From Candidatus Thorarchaeota archaeon SMTZ1-45 (GTDB lineage Archaea > Asgardarchaeota > Thorarchaeia > Thorarchaeales > Thorarchaeaceae): a stretch of 62,761 nt of DNA. Shown here piece by piece: positions 35,702 to 45,982 of this stretch (its first letter is position 1; every line of letters starts with the position of its first letter). The translations under genes were made by a program, and so were the position numbers. Under the pieces are notes generated by a model. The model was not told the origin of the DNA. It was given only the letters and a program-made list of their open reading frames with translations, and searched no databases. Location of the stretch: the NCBI GenBank assembly GCA_001563335.1, contig LRSL01000001.1, forward strand, positions 1 to 62,761. The letters are read 5' to 3'.

Positions 35702-36841
35702 TCAGCTCTTGCGAAATCTCTTCCTATGTTTTCTTATGCCTTCTGGCCACTCTTCAATCGATCGGCTTAGAGTAGTTGTAAGTTCGATTTTATCAATTGG
35801 AAACTCTGTCAGTGATTTGCACTCAAAAAGAGGTGTGACATCGAGAGATATTAGTTCGTTATCGTCTAGTTTCAGAAACTCCAGTTTTGTGCAGTTCTTC
35901 AAAGGCGAGAGCTCGACTTCTTTGAGACTCATTCCATCTATAGTTAGTATTTTCAAATCCCTACATTCTGATAATGGGCTCAAGTCGATTTCTGAAGTCT
36001 TGTTTATTCCAATGTTTAGGGCATCCAATTTGAGGCAAGAAGTGAGTGGTGTGAGATCTATAGTTTCAAGATCATTGTCTGTAAGGTCAAGATACTCTAG
36101 ATTTGGGCAGGATGCTAGTGGGGAAAGATCAATTGTTTCTAGATGGTTCATATAGAGGATTAACTCCTTCAGTTTAGCACTCCCCGATAAGGGTGCTAGG
36201 TTGATTGTCTTGAGTTGATTTAGACCAAGATTGATTCTAGTAAGTCTGTGAAGGTTGTGTATCTCTTCCAAATGGAACTCGGTAAGACCATGATGTTCTG
36301 CTTCTAGGACGGTTCGACCACGAGTTACTGGGAGCTTTTTTGGGAGTTCTTGCTTTTTCGGTCCAAAACGAGAGTTTCTGAATTCGTGCCAAATCGCATA
36401 GACTATAATAGTAATTGAAGCGCCTATCTTGACTCCTTCTCCAAACAGCGTCAAGGCATTAGCTCCAGTGAGAGCACCTATTCTTGCAGCCGCTACAGTC
36501 ACTATGAAGCCCATCAGAATACACGAAGCAAGTAGGAAAACTATGAATCCCTTTGGAGAATAAAACTTGAACCCGGAAGGTTCAGAATCTGCCAAGTCTG
36601 ACGACTTCGTTGATTTGTTTTGTCTGTCTTTGTATAGATTATACTCATACTCGAGATATGTTACCAAAAAAATCAGCCCTGATATGCCTCCGCCAAAAGC
36701 CATGACAGTCCAGAAAATTCTAGCCAATATTGTTGTACTGAGAAAACCTAGAATGTTCCAAGTAACGAAACTGATGATAAGACCAAAAACGAGCCCAATT
36801 ATTACTAGCTTTTCGCGTGATATCCTGCCTGGCATTTGCAC
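35702..36841 (-). CDS. membrane protein (about 4 TM) with C-terminal leucine-rich repeats
   Basis: Hydrophobic N-terminal half; about seven 22-aa repeats of consensus IDLSPLxxCxxLxxLxLxxNxL. Confidence 0.85.
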   Translation of the reverse strand: MQMPGRISREKLVIIGLVFGLIISFVTWNILGFLSTTILARIFWTVMAFGGGISGLIFLVTYLEYEYNLYKDRQNKSTKSSDLADSEPSGFKFYSPKGFIVFLLASCILMGFIVTVAAARIGALTGANALTLFGEGVKIGASITIIVYAIWHEFRNSRFGPKKQELPKKLPVTRGRTVLEAEHHGLTEFHLEEIHNLHRLTRINLGLNQLKTINLAPLSGSAKLKELILYMNHLETIDLSPLASCPNLEYLDLTDNDLETIDLTPLTSCLKLDALNIGINKTSEIDLSPLSECRDLKILTIDGMSLKEVELSPLKNCTKLEFLKLDDNELISLDVTPLFECKSLTEFPIDKIELTTTLSRSIEEWPEGIRKHRKRFRKS

Positions 36842-37007
36842 GCTCCCAACAATGTGTGCTCGTGAAAGCCTTTCTATCTTGCTCTCCGCACTGATATCTC
36901 AAAGCTATTGTTAGCCGAATCCTATTTATGATAGATATCTCCAGCAAAGCCTTGCTTTCGACAATTACCGAATCAGCCCTTATGGCTGAAGATGGAGGAT
37001 TAGTCAT

Positions 37008-38525
37008 TTGGTAGAGTACAATAAGGTCACTGACGAGGTGGTCAAAAAACTCACTGCGATATGTGGTGAGAAATATGTCACCACCAGTGAACCACTTCGT
37101 CATAGCTATATGGCTCGAGGGATTATGGGCCTCGAGGCTGTCGTTCCGGAGGTTATTATAAGACCTGCAAGTGCTGAGGAAGTATCCAAGATTCTCATCG
37201 TTGCGAACGAGAACCTTAGTCCTGTAACCCCCGCATCTGGAGGCCTCAGTGGAGGCTTTGCATTACCAGCAATCGAGCCTGGCGGAATCTACATGGACAT
37301 GACTCGGATGGACAAAATGGAAGTAGACACTGAGAATAGAGTCATGGTTGTAGAGCCAGGTGTCCGGTCTGGTGATGCGTGGAGAATTTTCAAGACCAAA
37401 TATCCCGACTGGGCTCCACCAATTCCTGATGGTGCACCACCAGCGGCTACCGTACTTGGGGACGCCATTGAGCGAGGTTTCTCGCTTGTGACTGGTGTGT
37501 ATGGTCCACAGGCTGACATGATCATGGGTATGGAAATAGTTCTTCCAACTGGTGAAATCTTTCATACTGGTTCTTGGGCATTACCTGGCGCAAAACCCTT
37601 CTATCGCTGGGGAGTTGGTCCGAATCCTGATGGATTGTTTCTTGGATCACAGGGCTCTATGGGTATCATAACAAAATGCGCTATCAAGATGGTGCCACAT
37701 CCCCATTACAAGACAGTAGTTGCATATGGTGGAGAAACTTGGGATGACATCGTCAAACCAGCTTGGGAAATATCCAGACACGAGCTTGGCATTGCAGAAC
37801 GCACTGTCATGGTGCAGGGAGGTAACTACGAGCTTGTAATGACTCGTTGGCCAAAAGAGAATGTCCCAATCGACTATGACTTTTACAAGAAGATTGGTGT
37901 TGACAAGAAGTGGATGAACTATGAATGCTGGGCATGGTCGCAGGAGGAGCTTGACGAAACCCTCAAGGGTATTGACAAGATCTACAAGGACTACGAGGTC
38001 AGGGAGAAACGCACTACTCCAAAACAAGAACTGCATCCAAAGCAGGTCGCATCCCGCCTTAAAAAACCCAACAAGATTGCCATTCCTTATTCGTTATGGC
38101 AAGCTGGATTCTTGTTCATAACTTGGTACTGTCCTTGGCTTGAGAGCAGCAAGATGATGGAGGAGTACTGTGGAGCGATGGCTGACTATGGCTTCCCAGA
38201 AACAATGTGGGTGGCATCCATCGACCACGCACGACAGGCAATTGTCATGCCAATTCTCTGTTTTGACTGGACAGAGCCTGGCATCATGGAGAAGATTCGG
38301 GAATTCAACCTGGAAACCACCAAGAGTTTCCTGAAGAAAGGTTGGCTCAATTATAGGCCTGATCCATTTGTCCACGCTCCTCAGACTTTCAGTCAGGCAA
38401 AGGAGTACTACAAGATGCTGGTCAAATTCCGAAAGGTCTTGGACCCGAACTTGATACTGCACCCAGGTCGTCTCGCAATCCCATGGGAGAGTGTTACGGA
38501 TCTTCCCAACCCCGTAAAGGAATGA
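37008..38525 (+). CDS. FAD-linked oxidoreductase (GlcD / VAO-PCMH family)
   Basis: PEVIIRP, DMTRMD, VEPGV, GMEIVLPTGE, GSQGSMGIITK, LDPNLILHPG. Confidence 0.88.
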   Translation: MVEYNKVTDEVVKKLTAICGEKYVTTSEPLRHSYMARGIMGLEAVVPEVIIRPASAEEVSKILIVANENLSPVTPASGGLSGGFALPAIEPGGIYMDMTRMDKMEVDTENRVMVVEPGVRSGDAWRIFKTKYPDWAPPIPDGAPPAATVLGDAIERGFSLVTGVYGPQADMIMGMEIVLPTGEIFHTGSWALPGAKPFYRWGVGPNPDGLFLGSQGSMGIITKCAIKMVPHPHYKTVVAYGGETWDDIVKPAWEISRHELGIAERTVMVQGGNYELVMTRWPKENVPIDYDFYKKIGVDKKWMNYECWAWSQEELDETLKGIDKIYKDYEVREKRTTPKQELHPKQVASRLKKPNKIAIPYSLWQAGFLFITWYCPWLESSKMMEEYCGAMADYGFPETMWVASIDHARQAIVMPILCFDWTEPGIMEKIREFNLETTKSFLKKGWLNYRPDPFVHAPQTFSQAKEYYKMLVKFRKVLDPNLILHPGRLAIPWESVTDLPNPVKE

Positions 38526-38539
38526 AACCAAGGTGCAAA

Positions 38540-38568
38540 TTATGTTACAAAACATAACCACTATATAT
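38540..38568 (+). promoter_or_regulatory. palindrome plus TATA-like element between the FAD oxidase and Fe-S genes
   Basis: TTATGTT-ACAA-AACATAA (38540-38557) followed by TATATAT. Confidence 0.3.
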
Positions 38569-38596
38569 GCTAATGATACAAGGAGGAACGATTGAG

Positions 38597-39913
38597 ATGA
38601 CAAGTCTAGAAGACCTTCGCAGGATCAATGCACGGTGCATTCACTGTCGAGCATGCCAGTACGCCTACTCTGGTGAGCCTGATAAAGAGGGCGAGACCGA
38701 GGAATATACTGGAATGCTTCAGGGTTGTCCTGCTGGTTTATACTTTGGCTGGGAAGGCTACTTCAACTCAGGCAAGCAGTGGATGGCACGAGCATTCCTG
38801 AATGGTGAGCTCCCTGCTAGCAAGGAACTGCTTGAAGTAACTGAAGCATGTACAACATGTGGAATGTGTGAAACCCAATGTCCAAACTACATTGATACAG
38901 TCCATGTGACAGAGGCACTCCGAGCTGCGTTGATTGAGGCTGGTGTTGAGCCCCTTGACAAACACAAAGTCTTTGGAGAACGTGTGGATACGAAAGACCT
39001 CCGAAATCCATACAAGGGAGCTAGGGAGGAGCGTACCAAGTGGCTTGGAGAATACACTGACGTCATTGACAAGCCCGATGCAAAAGTTGCTTACTATGTT
39101 GGTTGCACTGCAGCATATAGGCAGCAACACATTGCCGACCACACAGCAAATATCCTTAGAAAACTTGGCATGGACTTTACAGTTTTGAGTGATGAGGTCT
39201 GCTGTGGCTCACCTATTCTGAGAACCGGACAGAGGGACATCTTTCGAGAAGTGATGAATGAGAACCTTGAGCTGTTCAAGGACTTTGATCTAGTGCTTTT
39301 CAGCTGTGCTGGTTGCTATAAGACCTTCAGGAATGACTATCCCTCGCACAGTGGCAAACCTCTTCCCTTCAAGGTTCGACACGCAGTGGAGTTTGTCTAT
39401 GACCTGCTTGAGGAAGGTAAGATCAAGATTGAGAAGCCCTACAATGAGAAAGTCACGTGGCATGATCCCTGTCACAGTGTTCGACATGTTGGTATTGCTA
39501 TTGAGAAAGAGATACTCAACAATTCGAAGAATTGGTTACTCGATAGCAGAAACGCTGAGAAAGCGAAACAGGCTCACTTTGAGTTGCCTCGTGTAGTTCT
39601 CAATGGCATTCCAGGTCTTGAACTTCGAGAGATGTACCGCATTAAAGGTGATAGCTTCTGTTGCGGCGCTGGTGGTGGTGTGAAGGCACAATTCCCAGAC
39701 CTGGCCCTTTTCGCAGCCAAGGAACGTCTTAAGGAAGCAGCTTCAACTGGTGCTGGCATCTTAATGACATCCTGTCCCTTCTGTGTGACTAACTTCAACG
39801 ATGGCATCAATGCGTTACAGGAAGAGGAGAAAGAAACCAGCAAAGACCTGTCAAATCAGGGCTCAAAGTTGAAAGTAGTTGAGCTTCTAGAGCTTCTTGA
39901 CGAATTACTCTAG
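38597..39913 (+). CDS. Fe-S oxidoreductase with two CCG domains (HdrD/GlpC/GlcF-like)
   Basis: CxxCxxC ferredoxin motifs, CCGSP, HDPCH, CCGAGGG, CPFC. GGAGG SD before ATG 38597. Confidence 0.9.
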   Translation: MTSLEDLRRINARCIHCRACQYAYSGEPDKEGETEEYTGMLQGCPAGLYFGWEGYFNSGKQWMARAFLNGELPASKELLEVTEACTTCGMCETQCPNYIDTVHVTEALRAALIEAGVEPLDKHKVFGERVDTKDLRNPYKGAREERTKWLGEYTDVIDKPDAKVAYYVGCTAAYRQQHIADHTANILRKLGMDFTVLSDEVCCGSPILRTGQRDIFREVMNENLELFKDFDLVLFSCAGCYKTFRNDYPSHSGKPLPFKVRHAVEFVYDLLEEGKIKIEKPYNEKVTWHDPCHSVRHVGIAIEKEILNNSKNWLLDSRNAEKAKQAHFELPRVVLNGIPGLELREMYRIKGDSFCCGAGGGVKAQFPDLALFAAKERLKEAASTGAGILMTSCPFCVTNFNDGINALQEEEKETSKDLSNQGSKLKVVELLELLDELL

Positions 39914-39921
39914 TCAGTAAA

Positions 39922-39963
39922 TTGCTGCGGAAGAATTTCTTCTGCAGCAACAATCTTCTTTTC
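39922..39963 (+). terminator. stem-loop followed by T-rich tract
   Basis: TTGCTGCGGAAGA...TCTTCTGCAGCAA then TCTTCTTTTC, immediately after the stop at 39913. Confidence 0.55.
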
Positions 39964-39972
39964 TAACTCTAC

Positions 39973-40539
39973 ATGGTGATACTCATGCACAAACCTTCTG
40001 AGCTAGTCACTGTCCAACCTTACAACTCAGAATGGTTAACATGGTTTGAAAGGCTCTCCACGTTTTTGATGACTAAGCTTGGTCAAAATGTTATCAGGAT
40101 TGAACATGTTGGAAGTACAACAATTCCTGGAACTGATGCAAAGCCAATCATCGACATTGATATTGTTATACGATGGTTGGATTTTGATAGAATCAAGTCT
40201 AACCTAGAAAAGATTGGATATGTTCATCTGGGCGATCTTGGAATCACTGGTAGAGAAGTATTTGACTTGAGAGATCTTGAGTTGAAACGACAACTGCCAA
40301 ATCATCATCTCTATGTTTGTGATCAGCACAGTGAGGAGCTTCACCGACATATCGCATTCAGAGATTATCTACGTGAGCATCCTGCTGTTGCCAATGAATA
40401 CTCCAATATCAAGATGCATCTTGTTGAAATGTACTCTGGAAACCGAGAGAGGTACATTCAAGGCAAAGACATTCTGGTTCGTGAAATCTTGGAAAAAGCA
40501 TTACAATGGGTTAAAGATAGAACTCCCTCCCTGCCATGA
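39973..40539 (+). CDS. GrpB family nucleotidyltransferase-fold protein
   Basis: IEHVGST.IPG..AKPIIDID, HHLYV, AFRDYLR, Y..GK. Confidence 0.9.
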   Translation: MVILMHKPSELVTVQPYNSEWLTWFERLSTFLMTKLGQNVIRIEHVGSTTIPGTDAKPIIDIDIVIRWLDFDRIKSNLEKIGYVHLGDLGITGREVFDLRDLELKRQLPNHHLYVCDQHSEELHRHIAFRDYLREHPAVANEYSNIKMHLVEMYSGNRERYIQGKDILVREILEKALQWVKDRTPSLP

Positions 40540-40540
40540 T

Positions 40541-41740
40541 TCAATTCTCTCTGAGAATCAGTGCTATTGCTATCATTGCTTCAACTATTAGAGCCAAAAC
40601 AAATAGAGCTGGAATAAAGCTGCTAGTCAGGTCTCTAAGATGCCCTACAAGTATTGGTCCAATAAAGCCCATAGATGCACCTATTGCGAAGAACAATCCA
40701 CTCGCAATGCCTGTGTATTCAGCTCCAACTTCAGGTAGGTCCATCATGACCACAAGCATTAGTGGCATATGTGCCCCACTGACAATGCCATAGATAATTA
40801 GTGAGGTTAAAAGAAACAACCCTAATGAAATTCCTGCAAAGTATATGCAGATGCCCTCTATCAGAAGCACAATAGCAATTACTGGTTTCCTTGAGCCTGC
40901 AAGTGCAACTCCTGGGATGACAGCACTTCCAACAAGCCCAAGCCATGTAGGGATTGACGCCCATAGTCCCGCACCTGCTGGATCCATTCCTTTCTCCTCA
41001 AGAAGAGTTGGAAGCCAATTCCCAAAACCATAGAACACAAGAAAGGACGAAGAACCAATGATTGCCACCATCCAGACAAACTTGTTACTTAGCAAAGAGC
41101 GAAGCGCACTCATCATAGACGTATTTCTAGCATCATTACTTGAGTTGATGGATTGATCTTTTGCCAGTAGAATCCAACTAATTGCTATCAAAAGACCAAC
41201 AATTCCGTAGAATGAGAACACGTTCCGCCACGTACCGACGATTGGGAGAATAAGTGAATTTGTGAATGCCAGTGCTGATGCAGAACCAATAGCCGCTCCA
41301 GTCATGTAAATCCCTGATGCTAAACCTCGCTCCCGCCCCTCAAAAGATGCAGCCACTACTTTCGCCAACCCAACTGAAACTGTTGGTCCTCCAAAACCGA
41401 AAAGGAATACCACAATGAAAAGCGATTCAAAATTGAAGACAAACGATCTGAGAACCGCAGAAGATGAAATTAGGATAAGTCCTAGTGTGATCATTTTCTT
41501 TTGTCCTATGCGATCGATGCTCACACCCACAGGAACTGAAAGAGGGACATACATTAGAATAACGCTACCTAAAATGATGCCCATTTCAACATAGTTCAAT
41601 GTGAGGTCTGCAGATATGACATTTACCAGAGGTGGAAGTGAAGAAAGAATCAGTCCAAATGCAAAATAAACAAGCCATGAGAGTGCTAGGATGATCCACC
41701 TGTAACTAGAAACTTGAGATAGATTGGCACCATCTGTCAT
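40541..41740 (-). CDS. MFS transporter (CynX-like)
   Basis: About 12 TM segments; motif A G...DRIGQK; ERGLASG. Confidence 0.9.
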   Translation of the reverse strand: MTDGANLSQVSSYRWIILALSWLVYFAFGLILSSLPPLVNVISADLTLNYVEMGIILGSVILMYVPLSVPVGVSIDRIGQKKMITLGLILISSSAVLRSFVFNFESLFIVVFLFGFGGPTVSVGLAKVVAASFEGRERGLASGIYMTGAAIGSASALAFTNSLILPIVGTWRNVFSFYGIVGLLIAISWILLAKDQSINSSNDARNTSMMSALRSLLSNKFVWMVAIIGSSSFLVFYGFGNWLPTLLEEKGMDPAGAGLWASIPTWLGLVGSAVIPGVALAGSRKPVIAIVLLIEGICIYFAGISLGLFLLTSLIIYGIVSGAHMPLMLVVMMDLPEVGAEYTGIASGLFFAIGASMGFIGPILVGHLRDLTSSFIPALFVLALIVEAMIAIALILREN

Positions 41741-42009
41741 TTCGCGACTCTCCTATGGAGCTGAATAATTGTAAAAACACAATCATAGTCTTGCTGACTT
41801 CGTCAATAGTGCTCTCTGTGTATTAGTTCTTACTATTGATTGAAACCCTATTTAGCCTAAATCCCATTTAGCGTTATCAAATCCAAATTGAGCTCAAGTA
41901 ACTATCCTTATCTAGGAATAAATTCACATTAAGCTCGTTCTGAGATTTTGTATTCAAAGCACTTTTGTCCAAGAATACAGAATCTTTTGTTTTGCATGAG
42001 GTATTACCA

Positions 42010-42873
42010 ATGACAGAAACAATAGTCCGACCCCCCAAATTAGAGGAGCGAACCTCCTTCTATCGAGTATATGGAACAGGAATGCCTAATGTTGATCGAT
42101 TGACATTCGATGGATTCTCACGTTGGTGGAATCGTAGTAAGGTGCAAGGTGATTTACCAAATCTATGGAGGGTCGCGGTTGTCGATAACCAGATTGTAGG
42201 TATAGCAATCAATGCTGTACTTGATAGTCTTAGTTGGGGTGCGATTTGGGAGCTCGTAGTGGATGAAGAATGGAGGAACAAAGGTATAGGCACAAGCCTT
42301 GTTCATGAGTCTGAAAAAGCCCTACTTGAGCGCAACCCAAATCTTACACATTTTGTGTTGGGTGTTAAAATGCACAACCCCCGAGCCATTCCTTTCATCG
42401 AGCGGCTTGGCTATGGCATCCAATCCCTTGTGATACGACTTGATGGGAATGCGGCATCCACATTACCTGAACAAACCCTCGATGTGAATATTGCTAGACT
42501 CGATGATATTCCAACACTATTACACCTTGTCCCTGACAATTACTGGGGTCAAAGTGATCATAAAATGCTTGAATATTCGATTCGTGGAGGAAACTCCTAT
42601 GTTCTGAAAGAGCGGTCTAGCAATATGGTGGTAGGATTTGTTCGCCTTGAGTATGACCCGGACCAGATTGACTCAACAGTCATTACTTTCAGCTATCGAC
42701 CAGGTTATGGCATAAAGGTCATTGACGCTGCTCTCAACGAAGTTGCTACCAGAAAGGCAATCTTCTGGGTGCAGGATAGACATGAGGATATCCTTGACCA
42801 TTTCTATGCTGAAGGATTCCAAAGGACTGAAGCAGAATTTGTGGCGAGAAAAAGGGTCAAGAGCTTTCAATAG
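42010..42873 (+). CDS. tandem GNAT-family acetyltransferase
   Basis: LVVDEEWRNKGIGTSL acetyl-CoA motif, N.RAI.F.ERLGY; degenerate second GNAT domain. Confidence 0.85.
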   Translation: MTETIVRPPKLEERTSFYRVYGTGMPNVDRLTFDGFSRWWNRSKVQGDLPNLWRVAVVDNQIVGIAINAVLDSLSWGAIWELVVDEEWRNKGIGTSLVHESEKALLERNPNLTHFVLGVKMHNPRAIPFIERLGYGIQSLVIRLDGNAASTLPEQTLDVNIARLDDIPTLLHLVPDNYWGQSDHKMLEYSIRGGNSYVLKERSSNMVVGFVRLEYDPDQIDSTVITFSYRPGYGIKVIDAALNEVATRKAIFWVQDRHEDILDHFYAEGFQRTEAEFVARKRVKSFQ

Positions 42874-42892
42874 TGCAATGCTAGTTTCTCTA

Positions 42893-44971
42893 CTAATCCT
42901 CTCTCTCTTCCATCAAAAGTTTCCACGGGTCAATCTCTTCTTGTTGAGGAAGAATCTCCTCAGGTCTTGTTCTTCCTCGAGCAAAGTGGTCCCATGCAAT
43001 ACCTGCAAACATCAAAGTTGCAACTCCTGTGATTATCATTGCTTCTGGACTCACCGTGAAAAACGTTGGCCCTGAGGGTTCAAAGGTCAGTAAGATATTT
43101 GCTGGAAGCACATAGAATGGGTCCATTACTGGGTACAAATAGGTTGATTCATTCATAACTGCAAGATGTACCAAACCATCCCTTGTAACTGCCATATCAG
43201 CTACGAGTGGTTTTAGGTAGTATGGACCATATGCCTCCGTATCATTGAGATTGAATATACTATCTTGAGAATAGATTTGGCCTGACCGTGTGACTCTATT
43301 TATCGTCATCACATGATTCACATGTCTGTATTCTAGAACAAGATAGAGTAATTGATCATGACCTACCTCGAATCTATCCAATCTCGGAAAATCTTGCCAG
43401 TCATATCCATAGTCAATACTGAATGACTTTGTCCAACTGATTGTTCCTTCTGTGGTCCATCTTGATAATCGAAATTCCTCATCGAAAACATACGAGCATG
43501 TATAAAATCCACCGAAAGGATCAGGTGCGAATGCCTCGTATTCCTCTTCTATGCTCCATACCTCGTTACCGTTTGCATCATATCGTTGAACAGAGTCTGG
43601 CATACCAATGTAGACCTCTCCATTGTAACAACCAAGTCCTTTTGGATATTTTACACTATAGACCGAGAATACATATTCGAAATAGCTAAGATTTAGCAAA
43701 GTTCTATCCCATAGCTTGTATCCCATAGAATCCAATTTAATAAGACTGTAAACAATCCGGCTAGAATTAACAACTCCAGGGTTAAAGTACTTAATTGAAA
43801 GTGAAAGAATGTATATTGTACCTGAAGCATCCACATCCATAAAAAGAGGAATTTCCATATCATACAGATGTATTGAACTGTTCCAGATTTCTTGGCCATT
43901 TGAGTCTAGCTTTAATAGAAACAAGTTTACACTCTCTGGTGACGATTGCGGCGAACATAGGAATATACCATCACCTACTCCTTTGACAATTATATACAAC
44001 CCATATGTTGAAACTTCTTGATATGGAGTCACATTCCAGATGGAAGTATGGTTTGAAGTCATACATCCAAGTGTGACCTCCTGAGAAAAGAAATAATCGA
44101 AACTGAGATGAACAAACGAGTTCTCTCCCAAAGGCTCAAGTCTAGTTATTCCATTATAAATACTCCCTGATATTGTTGTGTTGAATTTTGGTGAAATTAA
44201 CTCAGGAGTTAGGTCGTCTACTTTGAGAAGTGCTTCTATTGAGAAATGACTTATTGTCGCATTCACCACCCCTTCATAAACATCAAAAGGGGTACTACCT
44301 CCATAATAGGCTACAAATCTCTCTGTAGGAATAAGCCCCATAAACATAGCGTAATTATCATGAGGGTAAATCTGAAACCCTTCCTCTTCAATTGATCCCA
44401 CAAAATATTGTTTTGCCTCAGAAGATGTCAGCAAAAACTGAATGTCGTAAGTTTGGCCTCCCTTCAAGCCTGTAACTGTCTTAATTCTTCCAGCATAAGA
44501 ATATCCGGGAGGGCCTATCCAGAAATAGATTGCATACATCTCATCACCATTATCTTGCAGTGTAAAGTCCCCAGAGCATGTTATTTGAACTGATGCAGAA
44601 ATCCTAAGAGTCACTGGAGTCTGGTTGTATTCCCATGTGAACTCCTGCTTCAACCGAGCAAATTCACGACATTCAACATATCCAACATATGGAATCGACC
44701 AAAAATATGGCTGGTGCCCTGCGCTGTGTTCCCATATGAGTGTCACCTCACCATGTTCGCCCTGTGCAAGATAATCATAGCTAAATTCAGGTGAGTCATA
44801 ACCAATCTCAATTTCCGGTTCAGTCAGGAGATAAGGGTCGGGAAGTAGCTCTCCAGATTCTTGGGGATTGCCCTGAGCGGGAGTAAAACTCGCGTCTACT
44901 TTTGTGGCATCACACACAATAAAGAACGTAACTACAAAAATAAGCATCATGATAACCGTGATCTTTCTCAC
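42893..44971 (-). CDS. secreted, membrane-anchored protein with beta-propeller-like repeats
   Basis: Signal peptide; repeats LLKLDSNGQEIW, LIKLDSMGYKLW, RYDANGNEVW, RWTTEGTISW; C-terminal TM and acidic tail. Confidence 0.72.
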   Translation of the reverse strand: MRKITVIMMLIFVVTFFIVCDATKVDASFTPAQGNPQESGELLPDPYLLTEPEIEIGYDSPEFSYDYLAQGEHGEVTLIWEHSAGHQPYFWSIPYVGYVECREFARLKQEFTWEYNQTPVTLRISASVQITCSGDFTLQDNGDEMYAIYFWIGPPGYSYAGRIKTVTGLKGGQTYDIQFLLTSSEAKQYFVGSIEEEGFQIYPHDNYAMFMGLIPTERFVAYYGGSTPFDVYEGVVNATISHFSIEALLKVDDLTPELISPKFNTTISGSIYNGITRLEPLGENSFVHLSFDYFFSQEVTLGCMTSNHTSIWNVTPYQEVSTYGLYIIVKGVGDGIFLCSPQSSPESVNLFLLKLDSNGQEIWNSSIHLYDMEIPLFMDVDASGTIYILSLSIKYFNPGVVNSSRIVYSLIKLDSMGYKLWDRTLLNLSYFEYVFSVYSVKYPKGLGCYNGEVYIGMPDSVQRYDANGNEVWSIEEEYEAFAPDPFGGFYTCSYVFDEEFRLSRWTTEGTISWTKSFSIDYGYDWQDFPRLDRFEVGHDQLLYLVLEYRHVNHVMTINRVTRSGQIYSQDSIFNLNDTEAYGPYYLKPLVADMAVTRDGLVHLAVMNESTYLYPVMDPFYVLPANILLTFEPSGPTFFTVSPEAMIITGVATLMFAGIAWDHFARGRTRPEEILPQQEEIDPWKLLMEERED

Positions 44972-45089
44972 GTCAATCCCTCATATTTCCACGATCTCTA
45001 AAATACAATATAGATATCATCACTATTAGAGATTATCTTTCACGCTCAGAAAAGTTCGCCAAATTGAACTTCGTTTTGTTTTGTCTGGA

Positions 45090-45809
45090 TTACCAACCCA
45101 GTTTCCTACCATAGACTTCACCCTCTCTTGGGGGTTCTTGGTCTATCCTTTCTTCACTTGTTCTTGTCTTATCCACTCTTCCTATGCATACTCCTCCTAA
45201 CAGAAGAACTAAGCAAGAGATACCAAGTAAGAATAGATACGAACTCCAGGCTGTAATTTCGGGAATGAATTCTGATGAGATTGGTTGATTGACTAGGATT
45301 TCTATATACCCATTATCTTGTGAAACTCCATCATCATAGTATGTACCATTGATAGTTATATTATAAAACCCGGGGTCCAAGACAATATTTCTTATTATCC
45401 ACCCGTTTTGATCCTGAATACCCTCTGTTATATTGATAAATAATGAACTAATGATTTCTCTATCTTGGTAGAAGCCAAAAAAGACCTCAATGTATTCATT
45501 TTGTTGCGTTATTCCTGGAACTCTTACCTGAAGCTCTGAATCATAGGCATTTGCTTCATACACAGTGAATAATGTTGAGAATGTTATTGAGAGATCAACC
45601 ATTTCCTGCTCTTGATTGGGTCCATGATATACTGACATGGGTGTTGGCACATATGCCATCGCAACAATCAGTGCAAAAATGAACACTAATGAAGGAACAA
45701 GTAGTGGCTTCTTCCAAATTATGCTTTTTTTCAGATTACCCGAAAGAACCCCCATCCAAATTGTTAACGCAACTACTGATACAGTGACAATAAGACAAAT
45801 CTCTGACAC
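45090..45809 (-). CDS. hypothetical membrane protein (3 TM around one extracellular domain)
   Basis: Hydrophobicity pattern of the 239-aa ORF. Confidence 0.65.
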   Translation of the reverse strand: MSEICLIVTVSVVALTIWMGVLSGNLKKSIIWKKPLLVPSLVFIFALIVAMAYVPTPMSVYHGPNQEQEMVDLSITFSTLFTVYEANAYDSELQVRVPGITQQNEYIEVFFGFYQDREIISSLFINITEGIQDQNGWIIRNIVLDPGFYNITINGTYYDDGVSQDNGYIEILVNQPISSEFIPEITAWSSYLFLLGISCLVLLLGGVCIGRVDKTRTSEERIDQEPPREGEVYGRKLGW

Positions 45810-45982
45810 CAGTATTAGACTATCAAGAGCAGCTCCTATTGTCGATTCCCTCCTGCTATCATTTCTCCAGATTGAATGAATATCAACCTTCGCTATTTGG
45901 CTGCGTAGAATTAATGAGTGATGTTAAATGCCGGGCTTGTCAGGAAAATATTGGTGATTGAAGAATTACAGGGTGTGAAGAA

